From Candidatus Izemoplasmatales bacterium (lineage in GTDB: Bacteria > Bacillota_I > Bacilli_A > Izemoplasmatales > Hujiaoplasmataceae), in NCBI GenBank assembly GCA_050177605.1, contig JBFXGX010000023.1:1-26739 (forward strand): a DNA stretch of 26,739 nt. The letters run 5' to 3'. The notes beneath the pieces are model-generated. The model was not told the origin of the DNA. It searched no databases and worked only from the letters and a program-made list of their open reading frames with translations. This document shows positions 26,652-26,739 of this stretch, one piece after another. Positions within the stretch are counted from its first letter, which is position 1. Each line of letters opens with the position of its first letter. The position numbers were made by a program, and so were the translations under genes.

Positions 26652-26739
26652 ATTATATATCCTTTCTTCTTGACTTACCCAGAAGGGTTTGTTCTATAAT
26701 AACTATATAAGCACTGTGGATCTGTAACTAATTTAGTAT

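Overview
AT-rich bacterial chromosome segment read with the standard code 11 (TGA is a stop, Trp is TGG). The gene style fits a low-GC Bacillota or a non-Mycoplasma mollicute (Acholeplasma/Izemoplasma-like); this taxonomy is an inference. The left part (1-15.9 kb) looks like housekeeping and metabolic DNA: tRNA-Leu(GAG), a PPi-type phosphofructokinase, a secreted ferritin-like protein, a SAM methyltransferase, and a LacI-regulated sugar operon. That operon combines a PfkB kinase, a stand-alone sucrose-phosphate-synthase-like GT4, a CUT1 ABC importer and a GH65 phosphorylase. It is followed by DUF2087, aldo/keto reductase, acyltransferase and DMT genes. The right part (16-26.7 kb) is accessory DNA in which all host-type genes lie on the minus strand: lipoproteins, three GNATs (one with an internal stop), two AAA_14/DUF4143 ATPases, an HTH-Fic, a papain/C39-like protease and a radical-SAM remnant. 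An IS3-like remnant lies on the plus strand. The most striking unexplained structure is a ~130-150 bp non-coding element present four times between these gene blocks. Its left and right halves are reassorted around a shared ATGCTT-N3-ATATG core, and it is flanked by short motifs repeated every 20-22 bp. This is a candidate cassette-junction/recombination site or a repeated promoter-small-RNA-terminator unit. No recombinase is visible in the window.
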